A stretch of DNA of 53,904 nucleotides from a virus (lineage: Duplodnaviria > Caudoviricetes), in the IMG/VR virus record IMGVR_UViG_3300034022_000969, positions 1-53,904 of that record. The stretch is one strand, 5' to 3'. The stretch's first letter is position 1. The number at the start of each line of letters is the position of its first letter. The translations under genes were made by a program, and so were the position numbers. The notes below the pieces were generated by a model. The model did not search any database. It was given only the letters and a program-made list of their open reading frames with translations, and was not told the DNA's origin. Below are positions 36,287 to 44,578 of the stretch, in pieces.

Positions 36287-36348
36287 TCCCCTTGTCGAGC
36301 CGGTCGCAGTGACCAGCCGACCGAAACACCTGGAAGAAAGAACAAATC

Positions 36349-36645
36349 ATGACAAATTTTACCGCGACCGGACTCCGCAAGTACATTGTCGACAGAAACC
36401 AAGGGGTGGATGAAAAAGGCTTGCATTTTGGGTATGTCTGCGTTGGTGATGGCGGCTTTTTTTTCACTTGGGATTTTGTTGGGTGCCGGACAAATCGAGA
36501 AAAAACAAACTCGGTCTTGGCGACCATTGAGGCTGACACTACCGATGCGCCATCGGGGCGATACTCGATGGTAAGAGTCGAAAAAGCCATTCGGGATTCG
36601 ATTCGCAAGCATGGTTTTTTTGGGGAAAATCGGTGTGAGATTTAG
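36349..36645 (+). CDS. Hypothetical protein
   Basis: First ORF after the promoter. Confidence 0.6.
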   Translation: MTNFTATGLRKYIVDRNQGVDEKGLHFGYVCVGDGGFFFTWDFVGCRTNREKTNSVLATIEADTTDAPSGRYSMVRVEKAIRDSIRKHGFFGENRCEI

Positions 36646-36725
36646 TGCTCATTGCAACTGACAGCCGACAACCCAAGCCCGTCGCAATGTGTGGCGGGCC
36701 AACGATCTTGATTGAAGAGGGCAAT

Positions 36726-36923
36726 ATGACCGGAAAAGAACTTATTACCATGATGCGTCGCCACAAAGTGACCATCAGGGAACTGGCGCGCCGAATTCAG
36801 ATTCCGCAAAAGCGTGTCCGAATAAGGCGGGATATTGGACTGGACGCTGAGACCGCTCGGGATTGGATTCAATCCATCACTGGCGTTGACCCAGGACCAC
36901 AAATAACGAAAGCAACGCGATGA
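36726..36923 (+). CDS. Small HTH-like protein
   Basis: GAGGG RBS; RRHKVTIRELARRIQIPQKRVR. Confidence 0.65.
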   Translation: MTGKELITMMRRHKVTIRELARRIQIPQKRVRIRRDIGLDAETARDWIQSITGVDPGPQITKATR

Positions 36924-37177
36924 GAACTGCCGACCAACAACCGGACGAATCGGGGCCAACAACCAAACACAGCTCGCCAAATTGCCGAGTCTGCAGGCGC
37001 GTGATCTGCAAGGGTGAGGAAGTTTACAGCAAAAAAGTTGGCAACGGCACGCGATACCGACACAAGGAATGTCGAATCAATGTGCCTGACCCGACAGATG
37101 AAGGCTCGCAACAGGACCGCAAGCTCGGTGGGTATACTTTTCAACGCGGCACCGGGACCGACCATTTTTACTCGTGA
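36920..37177 (+). CDS. Small zinc-finger-like hypothetical protein
   Basis: ATGA-coupled; CRVC...HKEC. Confidence 0.55.
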   Translation: MRTADQQPDESGPTTKHSSPNCRVCRRVICKGEEVYSKKVGNGTRYRHKECRINVPDPTDEGSQQDRKLGGYTFQRGTGTDHFYS

Positions 37178-37189
37178 TCGGAAGCGACA

Positions 37190-37504
37190 ATGACAACGAA
37201 TCCGAACCAAAAAGAATGGCAATGGTACATGACCGTTGCTGCGATCGAGCAGTATATGAACATCTGCCGAATGCCAGGTGACCTGTTCGACGAAGACCAG
37301 AATTTCCGTAAGGCACTTGAACAACTCGGGGAATTCAGCCTGACCGCGAGGCTGGCCGACATTCCACCGACCGAGTCCGGAGCGGAGATCTACCGAGCGA
37401 AAATTACGCTGCGGGGAAAACGGTATCGCATTGAATTCACCGTGCAGCCGCAACCACGCAACGAAGGCAAGTTACCCCAGTTATTGAGAGTACGATTGCG
37501 ATGA
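37190..37504 (+). CDS. Hypothetical protein (possible RelE-like fold)
   Basis: 104 aa, basic beta-rich C-terminus IYRAKI...YRIEFTV. Confidence 0.55.
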   Translation: MTTNPNQKEWQWYMTVAAIEQYMNICRMPGDLFDEDQNFRKALEQLGEFSLTARLADIPPTESGAEIYRAKITLRGKRYRIEFTVQPQPRNEGKLPQLLRVRLR

Positions 37505-37713
37505 AAGTTCAGAGACTGATTGCCGACATCACGCCGGAGCTAAAGCAGGCGGTGATATCGATCGCCGAACAAAACGGAGAGAAAATTGCGGACCTCGTTG
37601 AGCGACTGCTGCGAGCAGCTCCCGAGGTCGACCAGTTCCGCAAAGAAAACGCGATTGAGTGGCGAGGCCGGCCGGTAATGGGGAGGCCGAAAAAGCCTGT
37701 GCCAGCGGAGTAA
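37501..37713 (+). CDS. Ribbon-helix-helix-like protein
   Basis: ATGA-coupled; RLIADITPELKQAV...IADLVERLL; GRPKK tail. Confidence 0.65.
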   Translation: MKVQRLIADITPELKQAVISIAEQNGEKIADLVERLLRAAPEVDQFRKENAIEWRGRPVMGRPKKPVPAE

Positions 37714-37871
37714 ACAACCCAATACGTACGCCTCAATTCCAGTTTGATACCTATATTTTGTGTCTTGATTCCGATCCGCGAACCCGGCATGATTCCACCG
37801 TCGCGAATAGCGATCCCAAGGAAACTCTGGCATGAATGCCGCCCTTGCGGTGGAGCGCCGGTCCTCGCTGA

Positions 37872-38252
37872 GTGACTGCCCTTGATCGCTCCAAACGATC
37901 GAAAGCCCGTCTCGTGAAGAAAGCCAATTGTCCTCTCGTACCAGGTCGCGTCTACTCGTTCCAGTACCCGCGACACAATTTCCATGGCGTGTTGAGCCCG
38001 TTGGAGCCCCGGCGAATCCAAGTTGAATCGGTACGGGATCTGGTCAAGGAACCGATCGAGCGTCAAACGTTCGACGTTCAGCCGTTGCTCAAGAGAAGTC
38101 GGTATCTGGTGACCGGTGTGGATCTGGAAAAACAAGCCAAGCGATCGTTCTACGTCGACGCAATGAAATCGCTGCGAGTGCTACCAGAAGTGAAACCAAA
38201 ACGGCGTCAAACATTGAGCCCTGAAAACAAGGGGAGATCGAAAACACGCTAG
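37872..38252 (+). CDS. Stand-alone WYL-like domain protein
   Basis: FQYP, PRRIQV, YLVTGVDLEKQAKRSFYVDAM matches the WYL C-terminal pattern. Confidence 0.55.
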   Translation: MTALDRSKRSKARLVKKANCPLVPGRVYSFQYPRHNFHGVLSPLEPRRIQVESVRDLVKEPIERQTFDVQPLLKRSRYLVTGVDLEKQAKRSFYVDAMKSLRVLPEVKPKRRQTLSPENKGRSKTR

Positions 38253-38303
38253 ACAGTCGGTCAAACTGGGGTAGCTCAATGGCAAACAGATCGCACCGAG
38301 CGA

Positions 38304-38342
38304 ATTATGAGTCCTCTGCTCTAACCATTGAGCTACAGCCCC
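38304..38342 (-). other. attP core region: 5' half of a tRNA-CAU (Ile2-like) ending at the anticodon loop
   Basis: Minus strand GGGGCTG-TA-GCTC-AATGGTTA-GAGC-A-GAGGA-CTCATAA-T; tRNA similarity stops there; 6 nt past the int stop codon. Confidence 0.85.
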
Positions 38343-38348
38343 AGTGCC

Positions 38349-39497
38349 CTAATTTGTAGGGGTTGGAGGTTTGAACGCTGCTGGTGTTACCTTTTCTGTT
38401 ACCCTCGTTTGAACTGACCACAACGCTGCGGCTGTCTGCTGAGCGTCTTGGCCGACGTAGTATTTCATGGTGGTTGACACGTCACGGTGACGCATCAGAT
38501 CGCGTAACACGACTGGTAACACTCGTTTGCTCCAACGGGTGCCAAACGTCCTGCGGAGGTCGTGCGCTGAAGCGTACTTCTTTCGGCGATGGTCAACAAC
38601 GATTCCAGCCGTCTCGCCGAACGCCGAAATCGTTCTGCTGATGTTCGTTTCGTTTGTGATGGGTTGACCACGTTCTCCGATGGGAGCGAATACGCGGCCT
38701 GTGCGATGCTCGATCGGAGTACGCAGCAGCCAACGGCCAAAGTCCGGGGTGATCGGTAACAGCCGATGCTCACGGCCTTTGTCGTCCTCGGCGTCGATTT
38801 CCAAAAGCGGGTATTCGCCTGCCAAGTTGATTCTCGGGGCGGTGGGATCGTCCCAGGAGAGCGACACGGCTTCGGACAGGCGAAGACCGCTGAGCCATAG
38901 ACCGTACAGCAAGTGCCGCCACGATGCGATTTGCTGGGGCTGGACCACCTTTCCAACGGCGGAGAGCAGGCGAACAAACTCGAACAGGGTCAGGTCACGG
39001 CCTTTTACCTTGCGGCCTGAGACCTCACGCGACTTGGGGAACGTGGGGACCGTCGAGGTGTAGCCTTGCTCCTGCGACCACTGCAACGCGCAACGGATGG
39101 CGATGATGTGGCCCCTGATCGTGGATTCGGATTTCTTCTGGCCACGCAGCTGGGAGACGTATTGAGCCACTACCGATGTGTTGATCGAGGAGAGCTGCGC
39201 GGGTCGCATCGTTTCTGTGAAGACCTTCAATTTGCTGAGGTGCCAACGTTCTGTTGCCGATTCCAAGCCCGACAGGTGCCGGATTTGATAAAGATCTTGG
39301 AACGACTCCCAGGGCATTGCACCGTCACCGGAGGCCTGCGTCTCGTTGAGGTGTTTTTCCAGATCAGACGCGGCTCGTTCCGCCTTGCCACGGGTGGTGC
39401 ATTTGGACGATCTCGTGCATTGCTTGCCGGTGGTCGGGTCACGCCAGCGAAGGGCTAAGAATTTCCGGCCGTAATCGATCACATAGACCCTGATCAC
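38349..39497 (-). CDS. int: Tyrosine integrase
   Basis: SGLRLSEA, DKG, AHDLRRTF, MRH, TTMKYY catalytic motifs; N-terminal arm-binding and core-binding regions. Confidence 0.95.
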   Translation of the reverse strand: MIRVYVIDYGRKFLALRWRDPTTGKQCTRSSKCTTRGKAERAASDLEKHLNETQASGDGAMPWESFQDLYQIRHLSGLESATERWHLSKLKVFTETMRPAQLSSINTSVVAQYVSQLRGQKKSESTIRGHIIAIRCALQWSQEQGYTSTVPTFPKSREVSGRKVKGRDLTLFEFVRLLSAVGKVVQPQQIASWRHLLYGLWLSGLRLSEAVSLSWDDPTAPRINLAGEYPLLEIDAEDDKGREHRLLPITPDFGRWLLRTPIEHRTGRVFAPIGERGQPITNETNISRTISAFGETAGIVVDHRRKKYASAHDLRRTFGTRWSKRVLPVVLRDLMRHRDVSTTMKYYVGQDAQQTAAALWSVQTRVTEKVTPAAFKPPTPTN

Positions 39498-39898
39498 GTT
39501 GGCCTCGGTTTTTTGGATGGCTTCTTGGCGGACGGTTTGGCTTGCTTCTTGGCTGGCGTTTTTGCGGTGCCAGGCGGTGACTGGATCAGGTCGGATTGTG
39601 CAGCCAGATTTGCATTCCGTTTTGTCCGTAGTTCAATGGCAATTTGGTTTTGCTTCCATCGAGGTGTTTCACCTGATTTCGCGCATCTGTATTGATCGCG
39701 AAATTCGCTTTCGGCTGTTCCTGAAAGCTTGACAATCGTGGAGGTGTAAACCCCAAACGCGGCCTGAGCTTGTAAGTTCAAGGCGTCAAACTGTTTGGAA
39801 CGCATTTCCGCAACGATGCTGCGAAATTTCGATGCGGCGTATTCCAATTCGGCAGCAACCAATTCAATTTCATCGGCGGTCCAAGCGTTCATCGCCAT
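39494..39898 (-). CDS. Hypothetical protein in the repressor position, coupled to int
   Basis: Stop overlaps the int GTG start; helical with Lys/Pro-rich tail; no clear HTH. Confidence 0.7.
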   Translation of the reverse strand: MAMNAWTADEIELVAAELEYAASKFRSIVAEMRSKQFDALNLQAQAAFGVYTSTIVKLSGTAESEFRDQYRCAKSGETPRWKQNQIAIELRTKRNANLAAQSDLIQSPPGTAKTPAKKQAKPSAKKPSKKPRPT

Positions 39899-39940
39899 CG
39901 AGAAATCCCAATGCAGTTTAAGAAAGTTTTTTAGAGTTGA

Positions 39941-39969
39941 AGTATTGTTGGGAATTGCAGTTGCGTCAA
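39941..39969 (-). promoter_or_regulatory. Leftward (lysogenic) promoter
   Basis: Minus strand TTGACG-17-AATACT. Confidence 0.55.
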
Positions 39970-40018
39970 TTTGGGCTCGAAAACTGTACAAAAATCCAAA
40001 AAACTTTCGCGACAGTTC

Positions 40019-40047
40019 TTGACAGTTCGAAAAGCGGATTGTATTCT
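40019..40047 (+). promoter_or_regulatory. Rightward (early lytic) promoter
   Basis: TTGACA-17-TATTCT; GACAGTTC direct repeat at 40011 and 40021. Confidence 0.75.
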
Positions 40048-40091
40048 TTCCCCGTCAGGGCGAATCACAAAACCGTCAAATAGGCATCACA

Positions 40092-40391
40092 ATGGCTACA
40101 GCAATGAAACAGCCAAAAGGGATTCCCGACTCTCTCGTTACTGGGGGAATCGATCCAAATAAGGCTTACGCACTCAATGAATTTTTGAAGGTCGCTGCTA
40201 TATCGCGTCAATCGCTGTCCGATTTGCGGAAGCTTGGACTGGTTGTGAGAGACACCGGATCGGGGACTCCCACAATGCTCGGGAGCGACTGGATTGAGTT
40301 TGTGAAAACTCGTCCTGCTCACGTGCCGAAGCCGCGTGGTCGGCACAATTTGAAGAATGCATCCGTAGGAACAACTCAACCGAATCCGTGA
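40092..40391 (+). CDS. Excisionase/Cro-like DNA-binding protein
   Basis: AYALNEFLKVAAISRQSL...GL...LGSDWIEFV winged-HTH pattern; first rightward gene. Confidence 0.7.
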   Translation: MATAMKQPKGIPDSLVTGGIDPNKAYALNEFLKVAAISRQSLSDLRKLGLVVRDTGSGTPTMLGSDWIEFVKTRPAHVPKPRGRHNLKNASVGTTQPNP

Positions 40392-40486
40392 TGTGATCCA
40401 TCGTGGCGATCATCGGCACAGGTTGCAACTAAAAGTTCCCTAGGTTTCCCAATTTAACACAAACTCAGAATTTCTAGGCCTAGAAA

Positions 40487-40690
40487 ATGACTCCATTTTT
40501 GATCTTCGGATTGGTCTTGTTTTGCTGCGGTGGCATGTGTTTGGTTGGCTGGGGGCTCCATGAATTCAATCCGATCAACGAGATCATGGAGGAAGTGACC
40601 GGCGTGGTCGAATTGCCGAAGGAGTCGGCGAGTTATTCCACCCGGTCTCGTAGTGGGATAGAGCAGCCAGGTAGCTCGCGAGGTTCATAA
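40487..40690 (+). CDS. Small TM protein (3' end overlaps the tRNA)
   Basis: Hydrophobic N-terminus FLIFGLVLFCCGGMCLVGWGL. Confidence 0.45.
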   Translation: MTPFLIFGLVLFCCGGMCLVGWGLHEFNPINEIMEEVTGVVELPKESASYSTRSRSGIEQPGSSRGS

Positions 40691-40725
40691 CCTTGAGGTC
40701 GCAGGTTCGAATCCTGCTCCCACCA
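40652..40725 (+). tRNA. tRNA-Met(CAT), initiator-like; CCA not encoded
   Basis: A-GTGGGA/TCCCAC-C-A acceptor with 1:72 mismatch, GAGC/GCTC D-stem, CGAGG-TTCATAA-CCTTG, GCAGG-TTCGAAT-CCTGC. Confidence 0.93.
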
Positions 40726-40782
40726 TTTTCCAAAAGCGCGGGGGGTCTGCGTGGAAAATCCGTTGATACAAGGATGTAAACC

Positions 40783-40965
40783 ATGTTAGTGCTAAGTCGG
40801 AAGCCCGGCGAAAAGATTTTTATTGGTGAGGATATTGAAATCACGATCGTTCGCATTGGGCCGAATACCGTTCGCATCGGGGTGACAGCTCCGAGAGAGA
40901 TGAGAATCATTCGCGATGAATTGGTCGTCGCGGAAACGCAACCTGTGGAGAGTGTGGAATCATGA
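40783..40965 (+). CDS. csrA: Carbon storage regulator CsrA/RsmA
   Basis: MLVLSRKPGEKIFIGEDIEITIV...VRIGVTAP.EMRIIRDEL. Confidence 0.93.
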   Translation: MLVLSRKPGEKIFIGEDIEITIVRIGPNTVRIGVTAPREMRIIRDELVVAETQPVESVES

Positions 40966-41318
40966 TCGCGAAAAACAATGAATTTACCGTTGAGGATCTT
41001 GGGTCGTCTCAGCTGATGCAGCGGGACAAAAACAACCAGCTGATCGGAGAGAACAACGAACTGCGAAGACAGATCGAGGTGCTGACCGCAACTATTGCCA
41101 AGCTGCAACCTGACGCGATCGAGCTGCAACGACTGCGGCAGCATGCGGAAGATGTTGTTGAATGGGTCGTGGAAGACGCGACCGACAAGCATGGGAGATT
41201 GATCAAGCACACTGTGGATGCGGCCTTGGGTGGCGAGGACTGGGTCCCAGGTTGGGTCGTGAAAAACGGGAAGCGGATTTCCCTGCTGAGCACGATTTAC
41301 GAGGTCTCTGAAGTCTGA
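40962..41318 (+). CDS. Hypothetical coiled-coil protein
   Basis: ATGA-coupled to csrA. Confidence 0.7.
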   Translation: MIAKNNEFTVEDLGSSQLMQRDKNNQLIGENNELRRQIEVLTATIAKLQPDAIELQRLRQHAEDVVEWVVEDATDKHGRLIKHTVDAALGGEDWVPGWVVKNGKRISLLSTIYEVSEV

Positions 41319-41395
41319 ACGTATCCGTGATGTGTTGAGAGATCGGGCTGAAATGTTCGGCCCGAAGAAACCAAAACGAAATGAAAGTTTGAATC

Positions 41396-42919
41396 ATGAT
41401 CGCAGCGAACACAACAATGGTTGAGCCGATTGTTATTAACAACATTGGTCCGATTGATCACTTTGAGATTCCCGCAGTGCCGGGAACGATTACGGTATTC
41501 CGGGGAAATAATGGTAAGGGGAAGTCTACAGCATTAGACGCGATTTCTGCTCTGACTCGGGGTGGAAATGGTTTGGAGTCACGAGACGGTACTGTTGGTG
41601 GATCCGCCTCGGGATTTGGCGTGACGATCAAGGTCGGTCGCGGTGGTGCGAATCGTCGCACTGGCAGTCTGGTGGTGACCTCAGTCGAGGATAAGCTTTC
41701 GATCGCCGATTTTGTTGACCCTCGGGTGAATGATCCCGTTGCGGCGGACGCTCGACGGCTAAAGGCGTTGGTCGGTCTGGTGGGGCTCAAGGCTGATCCT
41801 GCCGCGTTCTACTCGCTGTGCGGAGGTGCGGAGCAGTTTGCCGCGATCGTGAAGCCGGAAACGCTCAAGGAAACTGATCCAATTACGCTGTGCGAAAAGA
41901 TCAAGCGAGATTTGGAATCGGCGTCTCGAATGAGCAACACCAAGGCGGAGCGATTGTTCGGCGAGATCCAGGCAAAGCAGGCTGCGGCGAACGGGATTGA
42001 TCTGAAACTGGAGCATGATCGAGACGTGCTGCAGAAGAAACTTGAACGAGCAATTGCTGATCAATCGGCACTTCGCGAACGACAGGCCGCAGCGGGCCGG
42101 GCCGCACTGCAACGGCAGCAAGCCGATGCCGCGTTGAAACGGGCCGTGGAAAGCTATACCGGCAAGACGATTGGTCAGGCTGATGTGGACTTGGATTCAG
42201 CGAGGGAAGATCAGGCCACGCAACAGAAGACTGTTGAAAAGCTTGAGGATACTCTGCGGGAAGCAAGAGCCGATTTGTTGGCAGCGAATTCCAAGCTTGC
42301 GATTGCTGTGAATGCTCGTGAGTCTGCGGTCTCGCATGACGTTGCGATCGCTGGCTGGAAGAAGACTTTGGACGATTCAGCCGCCACGCAAACACCATCG
42401 GATGCGGTTTTGGAGTCGGCAGAGAAAGACGTTGCCGCAGCTCGTGAAGCGAACGAGACAGGGACGTTGATTCGCGCAGCGAAGGCGAGACTGGCCGAAG
42501 CGACCGAACTGGAGGAGCAGCGAAAGGCTGCCGTCGGTGAATCCGAGCGGCTGCGTGATGCTGCCAAGTCGGTGCTGGATGTGCTGGCCGCTGGGGTGAA
42601 GGAGTTGGTCCCAGGTCTGGAGATTAACAGCGAGTTTCGGATTGTCGTTCCGCATGCGACACGAAAATCGTGTTACTACGCGGACCTATCGCATGGTGAG
42701 GGCTGGAAAATGGCTCTGCGGATTGCCGTCAAGTCGTTCGAGCGGCTGGGTGAGCCAGGAGTTTTGGCGATTCCTCAAATTGCGTGGGAAGGTCTCGACG
42801 GTCGCAGCCGACAGGAACTGATTCAACTTGTCGGGGAGACTGATCTGTGCGTTTACACCGCCGAGGCGTCTCGTGAGGTCGATGGCGATGCCGGATTGAC
42901 TCATCAAATCGTTAAGTAA
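41396..42919 (+). CDS. SbcC/Rad50-like ABC-type ATPase
   Basis: INNIGPI, GNNGKGKST, long coiled coil, LSHGE signature. Confidence 0.85.
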   Translation: MIAANTTMVEPIVINNIGPIDHFEIPAVPGTITVFRGNNGKGKSTALDAISALTRGGNGLESRDGTVGGSASGFGVTIKVGRGGANRRTGSLVVTSVEDKLSIADFVDPRVNDPVAADARRLKALVGLVGLKADPAAFYSLCGGAEQFAAIVKPETLKETDPITLCEKIKRDLESASRMSNTKAERLFGEIQAKQAAANGIDLKLEHDRDVLQKKLERAIADQSALRERQAAAGRAALQRQQADAALKRAVESYTGKTIGQADVDLDSAREDQATQQKTVEKLEDTLREARADLLAANSKLAIAVNARESAVSHDVAIAGWKKTLDDSAATQTPSDAVLESAEKDVAAAREANETGTLIRAAKARLAEATELEEQRKAAVGESERLRDAAKSVLDVLAAGVKELVPGLEINSEFRIVVPHATRKSCYYADLSHGEGWKMALRIAVKSFERLGEPGVLAIPQIAWEGLDGRSRQELIQLVGETDLCVYTAEASREVDGDAGLTHQIVK

Positions 42920-42963
42920 GCCGACGTTTCGATTATCAACCAATTGTCTTGAAAGCTAAGCCG

Positions 42964-43863
42964 ATGTCGTTAGAAGCCCCCAAGCCCGGAATTTACCCGA
43001 ATGTTCCGTTCGAGGATTATCTCGAATGGGATGCGGTCTCGAACAGCAGCATGCATGCGGCGAAGCGATCAATGCTGCACTATTACGAGCAGCAGCCGAT
43101 CAACGAGACTCCTGCCATGCGGCTGGGTACGTTGTGTCATGCGGGGAAGTTCGAGCCGCTGATGATCGCTCAGCGGTATGTGGTGATGCCTGCGTTCGAG
43201 AATCAGGTGCGAAAGCCAAACGGTGATCTGTTTGACAGTCCAAAGCTTTCAAAGGCCTACAAGGAACTGGTCTACGATTTCCGCCAAGCGAATTCGGACA
43301 AGATCCCGGTTGAGCAGTCCGAGTTTGATCGGATGCTGGGGGTGGTTGCGGCGCTGTCTCGACATGGTCGGGCCAGCGAATACTTGGCCGTTCGGGAAAC
43401 GACACAGGTCGAAGTTGCGATCGTCTGGCGAGATGCTGATACAGGTCTGCTGTGCAAGGGGCGAATGGACTGCATCCAGCATGACTGTGACACGGTCAGC
43501 GACCTGAAGACCGCAGTCGATGTTGAGCACTTTGAGAAGATCATTCTCAACAGAAGCTATCACCGTCAGGGTGCTTTTTATGTCGATGGGTTGGCCGAGT
43601 TGACGGGCGAGGTGTTTGACTTTGCTCTTGCCGCGATCGAGCCATCCAGACCGCATGGAATCAGAGCCGCGAAGCTGTGCGATGACACGTTGCGCTCGGG
43701 TCGGACGGAGTACAAGCGGATCCTGCAGAGTATTGCGGAATGCCGCGAATCGAAGAGTTGGCCGGGTTATGAAAGCCCGGAATTTTGGAAGCTGCCTGCG
43801 TGGGCAGCGGATGCCGATGATGAAATCGAACTCGTCATTGGTGGTCAAAAGGTTCGAATCTGA
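42964..43863 (+). CDS. RecE-like (exonuclease VIII) PD-(D/E)XK nuclease
   Basis: AVSNS, TPAMRLGTLCH, CKGRMD, DLKT, YHRQGAFY, WPGY. Confidence 0.88.
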   Translation: MSLEAPKPGIYPNVPFEDYLEWDAVSNSSMHAAKRSMLHYYEQQPINETPAMRLGTLCHAGKFEPLMIAQRYVVMPAFENQVRKPNGDLFDSPKLSKAYKELVYDFRQANSDKIPVEQSEFDRMLGVVAALSRHGRASEYLAVRETTQVEVAIVWRDADTGLLCKGRMDCIQHDCDTVSDLKTAVDVEHFEKIILNRSYHRQGAFYVDGLAELTGEVFDFALAAIEPSRPHGIRAAKLCDDTLRSGRTEYKRILQSIAECRESKSWPGYESPEFWKLPAWAADADDEIELVIGGQKVRI

Positions 43864-43875
43864 AAGGGTTTTACG

Positions 43876-44295
43876 ATGTCGAATTACGCGTTGTTGTTTC
43901 CGTCGAAATGGTTGGCCGCTGCGGATCTGATGGGCGAAGACCGAATCGTCCAGGTGAAGCAGATCATTCCATCGGAGGAGGTCGGGCAGTCCAAGGACAA
44001 GCGCCCGGTGGTCTACTTTCAGGGGGTCGAGAAGGGTCTGGTGCTGAACAAGACTAACGCCAAACGGATCGCCAAATTGTACGGTCCGGACACTGACAAG
44101 TGGTTGGGGAAGCCAATCACTCTTTATCCCTCAGAGTGCGATTTTGGGGACGAGACTGTGCCGTGTTTGCGAGTCAGGCCCGAGGCTCCGCAAATCGATG
44201 ATCCAGACGATGATCTCGACGAAGAAGAGCAGGCCGCTCTGGACGCCGTGAGAAAACGCAAGGCCGAAAAGAAGGCCAAAGCTAACGCATCCTGA
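43876..44295 (+). CDS. Putative ssDNA-binding/annealing protein
   Basis: FPSKWLAAADL, LVLNKTN, WLGKPITLY, CLRVR; acidic tail; follows the RecE-like gene. Confidence 0.65.
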   Translation: MSNYALLFPSKWLAAADLMGEDRIVQVKQIIPSEEVGQSKDKRPVVYFQGVEKGLVLNKTNAKRIAKLYGPDTDKWLGKPITLYPSECDFGDETVPCLRVRPEAPQIDDPDDDLDEEEQAALDAVRKRKAEKKAKANAS

Positions 44296-44432
44296 AGGCA
44301 ACGACTGCTGCTACTTTCACCCGACACGAACTGAAGCGTGGAGGATAGACCGGCAATCACGGGCAGCAGTCAAAATCGCAACGTGTATTGCTGGGAGGGG
44401 CCAGACGGCTGGCCGCAGCTACTCAGAACGCG

Positions 44433-44479
44433 ACTCGGGACTAATGGAGACTAGGCCTGTTCGAGACCGGCCCCGAGTG
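44433..44479 (+). ncRNA. tRNA-like mini RNA (acceptor stem + T-arm only)
   Basis: ACTCGGG/CCCGAGT 7 bp, GCCTG-TTCGAGA-CCGGC T-arm, 15-nt linker, T run after. Confidence 0.55.
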
Positions 44480-44496
44480 TTTTTTAAGCAAAGTGG

Positions 44497-44578
44497 CCGC
44501 CCCGCGCAGCCGTTCAGCATGTTGCTGAAGTTCAACGGTAATCTACTGCTCGTGACAATGCAGTTCTGCGCGGGGTGG
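44497..44578 (+). ncRNA. Candidate multi-branched structured RNA
   Basis: 13-bp closing stem CCGCCCCGCGCAG/CTGCGCGGGGTGG enclosing CCGTT/AACGG, CAGCA/TGCTG and ACTGC/GCAGT stems. Confidence 0.5.

Noticed and set aside
38266-38342. Complete tRNA gene
   Set aside because: No 3' anticodon strand, T-arm or 3' acceptor strand; only the 5' half plus an inverted partial copy
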